DNA of 64,000 nt from Thermoanaerobaculia bacterium (GTDB lineage Bacteria > Acidobacteriota > Thermoanaerobaculia > UBA5066 > Gp7-AA6), in the NCBI GenBank assembly GCA_036395755.1, contig DASWCZ010000094.1:13884-77883 (forward strand). Direction: 5' to 3'. Every line of letters starts with the position of its first letter. The first letter of the stretch is position 1. The notes under the pieces were generated by a model, which saw only the letters and a list, made by a program, of their open reading frames with translations, ran no database searches and had not been told where the DNA came from. Position numbers and translations under genes: made by a program. Of this stretch, positions 48,101 through 57,160 are shown one piece after another.

Positions 48101-48211
48101 CCCTTCGAGATCGTGGCGGTCGACGACAAGGGCGCCCCGATTTTCCGCGTGCCCGCCGGCACCCGCAAGGAGACCGGCAAGTTCTTCTTCTCGATCGGGT
48201 ATCCGTTCTAA
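45188..48211 (+). CDS. Omp85-family outer-membrane protein assembly factor (BamA/TamA-like) with POTRA repeats
   Basis: Signal peptide (RAVRALLLVLLLGRAGYAAG), multiple POTRA-like repeats and a C-terminal 16-strand Omp85 barrel ending in an aromatic residue (...FFFSIGYPF). A TTG start overlapping the tamB stop is assumed. Confidence 0.75.
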   Translation: MRRHPTRKRQHAVTPRAVRALLLVLLLGRAGYAAGQQPSEPPPLYGRTVVSLAYTSDGPVDHDEVARLISIQSGQPLTEEATGSTIRHLFATRRFSDVRVEAEPAEGGVAVTVHLFRSFRVNPLKFDDGVSVSKEEMRRAIPFSEGSVFQSEELEEGASALKRRLDAEGYIASTIQPEVFFDRKTFDARVVYHIDAGKSARTAPPLFDGETKPFTREELLKKAHLEEGDRYRESKARADADRLTKFLHKNARLRGTVELIAAQPTKDGRVMPVYRVTVGPRVVFQARGIRERRVRREVGDLLEGQIFDEDLILQYTEKARRALQLKGHYRAKVDYAMAEQGDVLTVSITVDEGRKFAVEKIAIAGNDSVSDKQLKKLMVSQEKGLPLLRPGRLVDSVLKDDVDAMLGYYQTRGWVNVRISDPQVTEGSKPDRLIVNIHVTEGPRAVVASRKVVGAEHLSPDELEKILTVDPGKPFNPNLVRQDSFALQNRYRDRGWREASVKDNWTLSPDGTSADVVYDVEEGTRSFFGKTIVRGNTRTGTDRMTRLVTWKEGDPFSEQEVLTTQRNLTRTGVFRRVELRPQPADPSNQTRPVEIAVQEGRPLSLLYGVGYQYAPDALENRSDPFAIVGVSYNNLFGTMRSASIEAQYAPISQRRRLVLTFREPFLFNRNIPLTVLGFFTREPIQTIDITRVGSVVESSRLYGRYLRLGLRYEYQRIEPVNARRDLSIIEREFSKFDQPIRQSAIGPNLFYDRRDDIIDPRDGYYLTAASKYAFPFLSANARYTKISGQAAYFRPFGGGVFAVAARAGAIFPYGGATGVPVPIAERFFAGGRSTNRAFDTDLLGVPGATVDPDTRATLHSGDGIGSCATSYPQLLADHPELSSYDCDAGPRIVGGNGFLGLNAEFRFPIFGNLGGTLFYDAAQVWKRPGDIRVALEGADGLRQGVGVGLRYMTPIGPVRVEYGWPVDARTVPFEIVAVDDKGAPIFRVPAGTRKETGKFFFSIGYPF

Positions 48212-48670
48212 CGGAGAAGCGTCTCGAGCGACCGGCGCGCGCTCTTGGAATCCCGCGACTTCCGCACCATCACGAGAATCGTGTCGTCCCCTGCGATCGT
48301 GCCAGCGAGCTCGCGACGGCGCGCCTCGTCGATCGCGATCGCCACGGCATTCGCGCGGCCCGGCAGCGTCTGGACGAGGAAAAAGGCTTCTCCGGCGGCG
48401 AGGGCCGTCACGAACTCCCGGAACGCGTTGCGCAGATTCTCCTCGGAGGAGGAGGTCGCAGCAGGCGTCCCGTTCGGGATCGCGTAGCGGTATGCGCCGG
48501 TCGGGTCGGCGACCTTGACGAGACCGAGCCGCTTGACGTCGCGGGAGACGGTCGCCTGAGTCACGGCGGCGCCGCGCCGGCGGAGCTCCCGCGCGAGCTC
48601 CGCCTGGGTTCCGACCGGCTGGCCGGACACGATCGCGCGGATGGCCCGCTCCCGCGCCGCCTTGTTCACG
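48208..48670 (-). CDS. argR: arginine repressor
   Basis: N-terminal winged HTH (ERAIRAIVSGQPVGTQAELARELRRRGAAVTQATVSRDVKRLGLVKV) and C-terminal arginine-binding oligomerisation domain (GTIAGDDTILV). GTG start at 48670 is preferred over the longer ORF. Confidence 0.85.
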
Positions 48671-50162
48671 CGATCTCCCCGTCGAGAAGCTTCCCTTCGC
48701 GGTGCGCCCGGTAGATCGGCGGCGCTCTGCGGCGGGAGAGCCACGCGCGGGCGCCCTCGATCTCCTGCTCCGCGAGCCCGATCTGCGCGGACACGGCTTC
48801 CGGCGCCGGCCCGCCTCTCGAGCGGCGGGAACGGACGGACCGATCGGCGGAGAGAGATGCGGCCACGTCGGCGCCCGCGTCGGGACATGCGGTCGCGAGG
48901 ACCTCCGGCGGGAGGTCGGCGAGCGAGCTACCGCGTTTCTCCGCCTCGCGGACCGCGCGGCCGGCCTGCTCGTGGGCGGTGCGGAACGGGACGCCGCGGC
49001 CGACGAGGTGGTCGGCGAGGTCGGTCGCCGTCGCATGTCCCTCCGCGAGAGCGCCGGACAGGCGTTCTCGATGGAAGACGAGGCCCGCCGATACGCGCCG
49101 CGCCGCGCCTAGGCATCCGCGGATCGTGTCCAGAGCGTCGAACACGGCCTCCTTGTCTTCCTGGAGGTCGCTGTCGTACGCGAGGGGAAGACCCTTCAAC
49201 ACGACGAGGAGCGCGGTCAGATCGCCGATCACGCGGCCGGCTTTGCCGCGGATGAGCTCCGCCGGCTCCGGATTCTTCTTCTGTGGCATCAGGCTCGAAC
49301 CCTTGGCGACCGAGTCGTCCAGAGAAGCGAAGCCGAACTCCGACGAAGTCCAGAGGACGACTTCCTCCGCCCATCGCGAGAGGTGCACCGCCGTGAGAGC
49401 GCAGGCGAAAACCGCCTCGACGGCGAAATCGCGGTCGGCGACCGCGTGGATGCTGTTGGCGAAGGTCTCTTCGAGCCCGAGCAGCTGCGCCGCCCGCCGG
49501 GGCTCGATCGGGTGCGGCGTTCCCGCGACCGCGGCCGCGCCGAGCGGAGAAATTCCGGCGCTCGCGTGGGCGCGCTCGAAGCGGTGACGGTCCGAGGCAA
49601 TCGACCACAGGTGCGCGAGCAGGTGGTGGGCGAGGCTGACCGGCTGTCCCCGCTGGAGGTGCGTGTACCCGGGCATCCAGGTCTCGCGATGCCCGCGAGC
49701 CGCGGAGAGCCAGGTCTCCTCGAGCGCCACCAGAGTTTCCAGGATCTGCTCGATCGCTTCGCGAACGAAAAGCCGCAGCGCGGTCACGGTCTGGTCGTTG
49801 CGGCTGCGCGCGGTGTGCAGGCGGCCCGCGGGCTCCCCGATGCGGCCGAAGAGCTCCCTTTCGATCCACGAGTGGACGTCTTCGTCATCGCCATCGACCG
49901 CGAGACGCCCTTCCTCGAGGTCGGTCAGGAGGGAGGAGAGTCCCGAGAGGATCGCCGCCGCGTCGTTTGGCGAGAGCACGCCGGTCTCGCGGAGCATCCG
50001 GGCGTGGGCGAGGCTTCCGACCACGTCGTGCCGGACGAGGCGGCGGTCGAACGCCAGCGAAGACGTGAAGCGGTGGATGTCCGGGTCGAGATCGCTCTCG
50101 AACCGCCCGCCCCAGAGCTTCCGCGGGCGCGGGGGAGCTGCCGTGGAGCGCTCGTCCTTCAC
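48666..50162 (-). CDS. argH: argininosuccinate lyase
   Basis: Fumarate-lyase signature GSSLMPQKKNP and RLWGGRFE N-terminus. The 938-aa ORF is argH plus a spurious extension. GTG at 50162 overlaps the argG stop. Confidence 0.92.
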   Translation of the reverse strand: MKDERSTAAPPRPRKLWGGRFESDLDPDIHRFTSSLAFDRRLVRHDVVGSLAHARMLRETGVLSPNDAAAILSGLSSLLTDLEEGRLAVDGDDEDVHSWIERELFGRIGEPAGRLHTARSRNDQTVTALRLFVREAIEQILETLVALEETWLSAARGHRETWMPGYTHLQRGQPVSLAHHLLAHLWSIASDRHRFERAHASAGISPLGAAAVAGTPHPIEPRRAAQLLGLEETFANSIHAVADRDFAVEAVFACALTAVHLSRWAEEVVLWTSSEFGFASLDDSVAKGSSLMPQKKNPEPAELIRGKAGRVIGDLTALLVVLKGLPLAYDSDLQEDKEAVFDALDTIRGCLGAARRVSAGLVFHRERLSGALAEGHATATDLADHLVGRGVPFRTAHEQAGRAVREAEKRGSSLADLPPEVLATACPDAGADVAASLSADRSVRSRRSRGGPAPEAVSAQIGLAEQEIEGARAWLSRRRAPPIYRAHREGKLLDGEIA

Positions 50163-51400
50163 TCGCTCGTGACCGGCGCCGGCTCCGGCGCCGGCCGAGC
50201 GGTCTCGCGGCGCACGGCCGCGACGACCCGCGTGGGCAGCGCCCAGAGGTTGTTGAACCCGGCCGCGTCCTTCTGATCGTAGACGCCGTCCTCTCCGAAC
50301 GTCGCGAGGTCGTGCCGGTAGAGCGAGTACGGCGAGGTCCGGGAAACTGCGAGACAGAAGCCTTTGAAGAGCGTCAACCGGACGCTGCCGCTGACCCACC
50401 GGTGCGAGCTCTCCAGGAAGGCGTCGAAGGACGCCCGCAACGGAGAGTGCCAGAGCCCGTTGTAAACGAGCTCGGCGTACCGGGGTGAGATGGTCTCGCG
50501 GAAGTGGTGGGTCTCGCGGTCGAGCGTCAGGGATTCGAGATCCGAGAGCGCCGCCATGAGGACGGTTCCGGCCGGGGTCTCGTAGACACCGCGGCTCTTC
50601 ATTCCGACCAGGCGGTTTTCGACGAGGTCGATCCGGCCGACCCCGTGCGCGCCGGCGAGCGTGTTGAGCGCGGCCACGAGCTCTTCGGGCCGGAGCCGGC
50701 GGCCGTTGACGCCGACCGGAAATCCGCGCTCGAACTCGATCTCCACGACTTCGGGCTCGTCGGGCGCCTTCGCGGGATCGCAGGTCGTCTGGAACATGTC
50801 TTCGGAAGGTGCAACCGCGGGATCCTCCAGGATCCCCCCCTCGTACGAGGTGTGCCAGAGGTTCTGGTCGATCGAGTAGGGCTTCGCCGCCGTGACGGGC
50901 ACGGGAATGCCGTGCCGCGCGGCATAGGCAATCTCGTCCTCGCGCGACTTGAGCGTCCACTCGCGCCACGGCGCGATGATCGGCAGCTCCGGGGCAAGAG
51001 CCCGGTAGGCGAGCTCGAAGCGAACCTGGTCGTTCCCTTTTCCCGTGCAGCCGTGCGCGAGCGCGTCGCAGCCGGTCTCCTTCGCGACCTCGACCTGGAC
51101 GCGCGCGATCAAGGGCCGCGCGAGCGCGGTGCCGAGCAAGTAGCGGCCTTCGTAGACCGCACCGGCGCGGAGCGCCGGAAAGACGTAGTCCGAGACGAAG
51201 ACGTTCTTGACGTCGACGACGCGGCATTCGATCGCGCCGCTCGCGAGGGCTTTCCGCTCGACGGCGGCGAAGTTCTCGATCTGCCCGACGTTCGCCACGA
51301 CCGCGACGACCTGGCAGCCGTACGCTTCTCGCAGCCAGGGAATGATGACCGACGTATCGAGACCTCCGGAGTACGCGAGCGCGACCTTTTCGACGTTCAC
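50159..51400 (-). CDS. argG: argininosuccinate synthase
   Basis: AYSGGLDTS PP-loop and GCTGKGNDQVRFE motifs. GTG at 51400 is preceded on the minus strand by AGGAAGGGA. Confidence 0.93.
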   Translation of the reverse strand: MNVEKVALAYSGGLDTSVIIPWLREAYGCQVVAVVANVGQIENFAAVERKALASGAIECRVVDVKNVFVSDYVFPALRAGAVYEGRYLLGTALARPLIARVQVEVAKETGCDALAHGCTGKGNDQVRFELAYRALAPELPIIAPWREWTLKSREDEIAYAARHGIPVPVTAAKPYSIDQNLWHTSYEGGILEDPAVAPSEDMFQTTCDPAKAPDEPEVVEIEFERGFPVGVNGRRLRPEELVAALNTLAGAHGVGRIDLVENRLVGMKSRGVYETPAGTVLMAALSDLESLTLDRETHHFRETISPRYAELVYNGLWHSPLRASFDAFLESSHRWVSGSVRLTLFKGFCLAVSRTSPYSLYRHDLATFGEDGVYDQKDAAGFNNLWALPTRVVAAVRRETARPAPEPAPVTSE

Positions 51401-52650
51401 GCGATTTCCCTTCCTTTCTCCGATCGTGTTTCCGGCGACGAGACCGCGGCGAGAGCCTCGTCGAGGATTCGCACCGCCGCATCCACCTCCGCCGCTGAGA
51501 CGATAAGCGGGGGAGCGAATCGCAAGGTGTTGGGCCGGACGGCGTTCACGAGAAGGCCGCGCGCGAGACACGCCTCGACGACCGGGGCCGCCTCGATCGA
51601 CAGGTCCGCGCCGACCAACAGACCCTCGCCGCGGATCTCCCCCAAGAACGGCTGGCTCTCCCGCAGCTTTTCGAGGCCCTTTGCGAGAAGCGTTCCCATT
51701 GCCGCGGCGTTCCCGACGAGACCCTCCCTTTCGATCGCGTCGAGGACGGCGCAGATCGCGGCGGAGGCGAGCGCGTTGCCGCCGAACGTCGAGCCGTGGT
51801 CTCCCGGCACGAAGTGCGACGCGGCCTCCTCCGTCGCGAGGACGACGCCCGCCGGTACCCCGCCGGCGACGCCTTTGGCGAGCGTCACGACGTCGGGCCG
51901 GATGCCGGAATGCTCGAACGCGAACATCTTGCCGGTGCGCCCGATCCCCGTCTGGACCTCGTCGAAGAGGAGGAGCAGATCGTTCCGCTCGGCGAGCGCG
52001 GAGAGGCCCGCGAGGTATCCGTTCGAAGGCGGGACGATGCCGCCCTCTCCCTGCACGGGCTCGACTAAAATCGCAACGGTCGCTGGAGTCACTGCACGGC
52101 GCATCGCGTCCAAATCGTCGTAGGGGACGAACCGGAAGCCGGCCGGCATCGGCTCGAACCCCAACTGATAACGGGCGTTTCCGGTGGCCGCAAGAGTTGC
52201 GAGCGTCCGGCCGTGGAACGAGTTGTGGGTCACCAGGATCTCGTGGGAGTCTGGCCCCTTCACGGATTTCCCGCGCTTCCTTGCGAGCTTGATCGCGGCT
52301 TCGTTGGCCTCCGCGCCGCTGTTGCAGAAGAACGCGCGGGGAAGCCCGGCGAGAGCGGTCAAGCGCCGTGCCGCCTCGACCTGTTCCGGGATCTGGTAGA
52401 GGTTCGAGACGTGGACGTAGCGCGCCGCCTGTCCGGAGATCGCGCGGACGAGCGCCGGGTGGGCGTGGCCGAGGCAGGACACCGCGATCCCGCCGATGAA
52501 GTCCAGGTACTCCCGCCCCTCCAGGTCGAAGAGCCGAACGCCCCGTCCGTGCGAGAAAGCGACCGGCGCGCGCTTGTAGTTGCGGAAGAGGACGCGGTCC
52601 GCTTCCCGGATCACCGAAGCGGTGCCGGCGAGCTCGCGTTTCTCGGTCAT
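51397..52650 (-). CDS. argD: acetylornithine aminotransferase
   Basis: Class III PLP aminotransferase (GIAVSCLGHAHP, LLLFDEVQTGIGRTGKMFAFEH, TLAKGVAGG with the PLP lysine). Confidence 0.92.
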   Translation of the reverse strand: MTEKRELAGTASVIREADRVLFRNYKRAPVAFSHGRGVRLFDLEGREYLDFIGGIAVSCLGHAHPALVRAISGQAARYVHVSNLYQIPEQVEAARRLTALAGLPRAFFCNSGAEANEAAIKLARKRGKSVKGPDSHEILVTHNSFHGRTLATLAATGNARYQLGFEPMPAGFRFVPYDDLDAMRRAVTPATVAILVEPVQGEGGIVPPSNGYLAGLSALAERNDLLLLFDEVQTGIGRTGKMFAFEHSGIRPDVVTLAKGVAGGVPAGVVLATEEAASHFVPGDHGSTFGGNALASAAICAVLDAIEREGLVGNAAAMGTLLAKGLEKLRESQPFLGEIRGEGLLVGADLSIEAAPVVEACLARGLLVNAVRPNTLRFAPPLIVSAAEVDAAVRILDEALAAVSSPETRSEKGREIA

Positions 52651-53581
52651 GCGGGCGACGCCAGCGCCATGGGCTCGGGCGTGACGGGGTGGATCATCGT
52701 GCCGACGCCGGACCGGGTGAAGAGCTCGAGGAGGAGCGAGTGCGGCGTCTCTGCGCCGACGATGTGCGCGGAGGGAACGCCTCCTTCGACGGCCGCGAGC
52801 GCGGCTTCGACTTTCGGGATCATGCCGCGGGAAACGACGCCGCCGGTCACGAGAGTGCGCGCTTCCTCCGGCGAAAGCTCGGAGAGGAGCTCGCGGCCTC
52901 CCGAGATTTCCCGATAGATCCCGGGGACGTCGGTCAGCAGGACCAGCTTGTCCGCGCGCATGGCCACCGCGAGCGCGGCGGCCGCCGTGTCGGCGTTCAA
53001 GTTGTACGCGCGTCCGTCGGACCCGACGCCGAGCGATGCGACGACGGGAAGGAAGCCTTCTCCGAGCAGGACTTCCACGATCCGCGGCTCGACCCGGTCG
53101 ACCTCGCCGACGAAACCGAGCTCGAGCGAGCGAGCGTGCGGCTTCGCGTGCAGAACCCGCGCGTCTTTCCCGGAGACGCCCACAGCGCGGCCGCCGGCGT
53201 GCGCAATCAGGTTCACAAGCCGCTTGTTGACGGCGCCACCGAGAACCCGCTCGACGATCTCCATCGTCTTCGCGTCGGTCACCCGGAGTCCGTCCACGAA
53301 TTGCGAAGATCCTCCGGCGCTCTCGATCTCGCGAGTGATCTCCGGGCCGCCGCCGTGCACGAGGATCGGGCGGACGCCCGCCTGCTGGAGGAGGACGAGG
53401 TCCTCGGGCACCGTCCCTGTCGCGGCCGAATCGACGGCGCTGCCGCCGAACTTGACCACGACTGTTCTGCCCCGCCACGCCGCGACGTAGCGGAGCGCCT
53501 GCGCGAGCGAAGACCCGATCGCGTCGGGATTGGCCGAGAAGCCGTTCCAGGTTCCGCTCATGTCGTGTAGCTCCCGTTGAT
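52647..53581 (-). CDS. argB: acetylglutamate kinase
   Basis: Amino-acid kinase family (VVVKFGGSAV, ILVHGGGPEI, NLNADTAAAALA). The start is tentative and overlaps the argJ 3' end. Confidence 0.9.
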
Positions 53582-54796
53582 CCGCACGTACTCCTCCGAG
53601 AGGTCGCAGGTCCAGACGCGCGAGGCGCCGGTCCCGACGCTCAGGCGGATGCGGATCGCAATTTCTTTTCCCTCGAGCACCGCCGCGGCGGCGTCCCACA
53701 CTTCCGGCAGGCCCAGGCCGCCGCGGACGACCGCGAGCTCTCCAAAGAAGACGTCCGTCGTCTCCTCGGCCATCTCGACGCCGGAGCGCCCGAGCGCCGC
53801 CAGGATCCTTCCCCAGTTTGGCTCGCCGCCGTGGAGAGCGGTCTTGACGAGCAGCGAGTTGGCGACCGTCATCGCGGCCTGGTGCGCCTCGGCATCAGAG
53901 ACCGCTCCCTCGACCGCGATCGAGACGAGCTTCGTCGCGCCCTCTCCGTCGCGCACAACCATGCGCGCGAGCTCCGACGCGACGGCGGTCAAACCCGCCG
54001 TGAAGCGCGAGAACGACTCGCCGTTCGTGATGGGAGCGCCGCCGGCCCGGCCGTTCGCGAGCACGAGGAGCGTGTCGTTGGTGCTCGTGTCGCCGTCGAC
54101 GGTGATCGAGTTGAACGACCCGGCGACCGCGTGCGTCAGCGCCCGCCGCAGAACGGCGGGGGGCAGGGCCGCGTCCGTCGTCAGGAAGCAGAGCGTGGTC
54201 GCGAGGCTCGGATGGATCATTCCCGCGCCCTTCGCCATCCCTCCGATCGTCACTTCGACCCCGTCGATCTCGAGTTCCACCGCGCAGGTTTTCGGGAAGG
54301 TGTCGGTGGTCCGGATGGCTTCCGCGGCGGCGTTTCCTCCGCCGGCGGAGAGATCCGCGGCGGCGCGGGGGATCCCCCGCCGGATGGCGTCCATGGGAAG
54401 GGGGACGCCGATCACCCCGGTGGACGCGACGAGAACCAGCCCGGCGTCGAGACCCAGCGCCTCGCCTGCGATTCGCGCCATCTCGGCGGCGTCGGCGAGG
54501 CCGGGCTCGCCGGTGCACGCGTTGGCGTTGCCGCTGTTGACGACGACGGCCTGCGCTCGCCCCGAGGCGATCGCGCGCTGTGTGTACTTGACCGGCGCGG
54601 CTTTCACCCTGTTCGTCGTGAAGACGCCGGCCGCGGAGCAGGGAACCTCCGAGACGAGAAGCGCGAGGTCTGGATTTTCCCGCTTGACGCCGCTGTGGAT
54701 TCCGGCTGCGCGGAAGCCCGTCGGGCTGGCGGCGTTTCCGTCCGTGCGGGTGACCGTCTCGGCGTCGGTCAGGGTCTGGCCGGACCTCTTCATCAC
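53558..54796 (-). CDS. argJ: bifunctional ornithine acetyltransferase/N-acetylglutamate synthase
   Basis: ArgJ family. Self-cleavage site ATLCFLTTDA, where Thr follows the conserved ATML-like motif. Confidence 0.9.
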   Translation of the reverse strand: MMKRSGQTLTDAETVTRTDGNAASPTGFRAAGIHSGVKRENPDLALLVSEVPCSAAGVFTTNRVKAAPVKYTQRAIASGRAQAVVVNSGNANACTGEPGLADAAEMARIAGEALGLDAGLVLVASTGVIGVPLPMDAIRRGIPRAAADLSAGGGNAAAEAIRTTDTFPKTCAVELEIDGVEVTIGGMAKGAGMIHPSLATTLCFLTTDAALPPAVLRRALTHAVAGSFNSITVDGDTSTNDTLLVLANGRAGGAPITNGESFSRFTAGLTAVASELARMVVRDGEGATKLVSIAVEGAVSDAEAHQAAMTVANSLLVKTALHGGEPNWGRILAALGRSGVEMAEETTDVFFGELAVVRGGLGLPEVWDAAAAVLEGKEIAIRIRLSVGTGASRVWTCDLSEEYVRINGSYTT

Positions 54797-55830
54797 GGAT
54801 ACATCCCGGCCGCCCAGAGACCTTCGGTCTCCGGGAGGCCGAACATCAGGTTCATGTTCTGGATCGCCTGGCCTGCCGCGCCCTTGACGAGGTTATCGAT
54901 CGCGGAGACGACGACCGCCAGGCCGCGCTGCCCGTCGACGCGCACGGCGACGTCGCAGAAGTTCGCGCCGAGCGTCGCTTTCGTCTGGGGAAGATCGTGC
55001 TCGAGAACGCGGACGAAGGGCTCCTTCGCGTAGGCCGTCTGATAGAGCGCGAGCAGGTCGGCGGCGTCGAGCTTCTCCGCGAGCGGCGCATAGCACGTCG
55101 CTAAGATCCCGCGGGTCATCGGCGCGAGGTGCGGGGCGAAATACACGGATACCGGACTGCCGGCCTCCGCGAACGTCTGCTCCATTTCGGGACCGTGTTG
55201 GTGCTCGCCCAGCTTGTACGGCTTGACGTTCTCATTGACCTCGGAAAAGTGCGTCGCGGCGGACGGACTGCGGCCCGCGCCGGAGACGCCCGACTTCGCA
55301 TCCACGATCACGGGCCCGCGGACGTGGCCGCTCGCCAGCAGCGGGAGAAGCGCGAGCGCCGCCGCCGTGGGATAGCAGCCGGGGTTGGCGACCAGGCGCG
55401 CGGAGCGGACTCTCTCCCGGTTGGCTTCGGGAAGCCCGTAGACAGCCTCCTGGAGGAGCGGGGCGGCGCCGTGGTCGGAACCGTACCAGCGGGCGTAGGT
55501 CGCCGCGTCCTTCAAGCGGAAGTCGGCCCCGAGGTCGATCACCCGCGCGGTGCCCTCGAGGAGCGTCGGAACCGCCTCGATCGCGGCGCCATGGGGAAGC
55601 GCGAGAAAGACCACGTCGGAGTCCTCTGCCATCTGCCGCCAGCCGGTGCCGTTTAACTTGTGATCGGCGAAGCCCCGGAGGTTCGGAAAGACGTCCGCAA
55701 GCGGACGTCCCTGCTCGCGGAACGCCGTCAGGTGCACGACTTGAACGCCCGGATGATGCGCGAGCCAGCGAACGAGCTCCCCGCCCGCGTACCCCGACGC
55801 CCCTGCCACGCTCGCCCGGATCCGGTCCAT
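54793..55830 (-). CDS. argC: N-acetyl-gamma-glutamyl-phosphate reductase
   Basis: N-terminal NAD(P) fold (IRASVAGASGYAGGELVRWL) and catalytic Cys region (LVANPGCYPTAA). Confidence 0.92.
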   Translation of the reverse strand: MDRIRASVAGASGYAGGELVRWLAHHPGVQVVHLTAFREQGRPLADVFPNLRGFADHKLNGTGWRQMAEDSDVVFLALPHGAAIEAVPTLLEGTARVIDLGADFRLKDAATYARWYGSDHGAAPLLQEAVYGLPEANRERVRSARLVANPGCYPTAAALALLPLLASGHVRGPVIVDAKSGVSGAGRSPSAATHFSEVNENVKPYKLGEHQHGPEMEQTFAEAGSPVSVYFAPHLAPMTRGILATCYAPLAEKLDAADLLALYQTAYAKEPFVRVLEHDLPQTKATLGANFCDVAVRVDGQRGLAVVVSAIDNLVKGAAGQAIQNMNLMFGLPETEGLWAAGMYP

Positions 55831-55867
55831 CTGTATATTTATACATACTGCCGGATTTAATTGCAAG
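55829..55867 (-). promoter_or_regulatory. ARG-box operator pair overlapping a near-consensus sigma70 promoter for argCJBDGH-argR; mRNA probably leaderless or near-leaderless
   Basis: Box 1 at 55829-55846 (aTcTGtATatttATaCAt) fits TnTGnATwwwwATnCAnw. A degenerate box 2 at 55850-55867 lies 3 nt away. On the minus strand, TTGCAA (-35; plus 55861-55866), a 17-nt spacer and TATAAA (-10; plus 55838-55843) sit 7 nt before the argC ATG. This is a sharp AT-rich island in a GC-rich genome. Confidence 0.6.
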
Positions 55868-55882
55868 ACGGCGGCGCGACTC

Positions 55883-57127
55883 CTACCGAAACGTGCCGGG
55901 AGAAAAGCTGTAAACCCGGGAGGGCTCGGGGAACTCCTCGGGAGGGAAGAGGGATTCCTGGATCGCCCGCGCGCCCAGCGTTTTCCCTCGCCAGGCGAGG
56001 AACCCGCGGGCGCGGGATGCGACGGCCCCGAGCTTCGAGAAACTCGCGAGGTCGAGCCCCGTAACCGAGCGGCGGAGTGACAGAAGACGGTCGACGATCC
56101 GCGGACCGAGGCCCGGCACCCGGAGCAACGTTTCCCGATCGGCGCTCGCGGCGTCGACGGGGTATCGCTCCGGATGGGCGAGCGCCCACGTGAGTTTCGG
56201 GTCGCGCGAGAGAGGCAGGTTCCCGTCCGCCCCGTACACGAGGTCCTCCGGCTCGAAGCCGTACTCGCGAAGGAGGTGGTCGGCCTGGTAGAGCCGGTTC
56301 TCGCGTAGGACTGGCGTCTCCCGCTCGTCTTCGAGAGGCGTGTCCTCGATGGGTCGGAACGCGGCGAAGTGCGGATGGTGGAGAGCGCGTTCGCGCCAGA
56401 GGCGATGGCTCGTCTCGAGGAAGTCTCGGTCGGCCTCGGGCCCGATGCCAACGACGAATTGCGCGGTCGTCCCCGCCGCCGCGGCGCGTCCCGCGGGACG
56501 CGGATCCCCTTTGGCCCGCCGCGCTCCGAGCGACCGCGATCGATCGCGCACCCTGCGGAGGAGAGCGAGACCGTCCGCGAAGTTCTTCTCCGGCGCGACC
56601 CGGTCGAGCGTCGCCTGGCACGCCGCTTCGAGGTTGTACGAGACGCGGTCGCACAGATCCACCAGCCGGTCGATCTGCTCCGCCTCGGCGCCGGCGACAG
56701 CCTTCGCGTGGAGGTATCCCGTGTAGCGGCGGCGCAACCGCAGGATTTCGACGAGCTCGATCAACCGGTCCATCGCGAAGCGGGCACTCTTCGGGATTCC
56801 GGTCGTGACGAAGAGCCCGGAGACCCACCCGCGCCCGTAGGCCGTTAAGAAAACGTCGGCGAGCGTCGAGGGGGAGAGCGCGTGCCGCGGGATTTCGCGG
56901 CCGGCTCGCATCGGGCAGTAGTCACACGAGAAGGCGCAGGCGTTGGTGAGCAGGATCCGGAAGAGGAGGGTCTTCCCGAAACCGCGGTCCGCGAACGACC
57001 GGATGTTGATGGGATCGAGAGGCTGCCGTGCCCGGAGTCTCGTCGCGAGATCCGTCAGTGGCCCGTTCCCCTCCCGGTCGGAGAGGGCCTGGGACATGAG
57101 GAGTCGGATCTTCTCCTCGGTCTCCAT
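55883..57127 (-). CDS. radical SAM protein with C-terminal helix-hairpin-helix, putative DNA modification/repair radical SAM family
   Basis: CxxxCxxC cluster (NACAFSCDYCPM) about 65 aa from the N-terminus, about 410 aa total, and a C-terminal HhH (LLRVPGLGPRIVDRLL). It resembles the HhH-linked DNA-associated radical SAM family rather than SPL. Assignment made from memory of the family architecture. Confidence 0.6.
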   Translation of the reverse strand: METEEKIRLLMSQALSDREGNGPLTDLATRLRARQPLDPINIRSFADRGFGKTLLFRILLTNACAFSCDYCPMRAGREIPRHALSPSTLADVFLTAYGRGWVSGLFVTTGIPKSARFAMDRLIELVEILRLRRRYTGYLHAKAVAGAEAEQIDRLVDLCDRVSYNLEAACQATLDRVAPEKNFADGLALLRRVRDRSRSLGARRAKGDPRPAGRAAAAGTTAQFVVGIGPEADRDFLETSHRLWRERALHHPHFAAFRPIEDTPLEDERETPVLRENRLYQADHLLREYGFEPEDLVYGADGNLPLSRDPKLTWALAHPERYPVDAASADRETLLRVPGLGPRIVDRLLSLRRSVTGLDLASFSKLGAVASRARGFLAWRGKTLGARAIQESLFPPEEFPEPSRVYSFSPGTFR

Positions 57128-57160
57128 GAGGCGTAATTATGGCGTAAGTCAGTCGGCCGG

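Noticed and set aside
48666-51482. 938-aa ORF spanning argH and the antisense frame of argG
   Set aside because: Only the C-terminal 498 aa is argininosuccinate lyase. The N-terminal part overlaps argG out of frame, and a GTG at 50162 coupled to the argG stop is the likely start.
56615-56631. sigma-54-like CTGGCACGccgcTTCG
   Set aside because: It lies inside the radical-SAM coding region on the opposite strand, and the -12 element is TTCG rather than TTGC.
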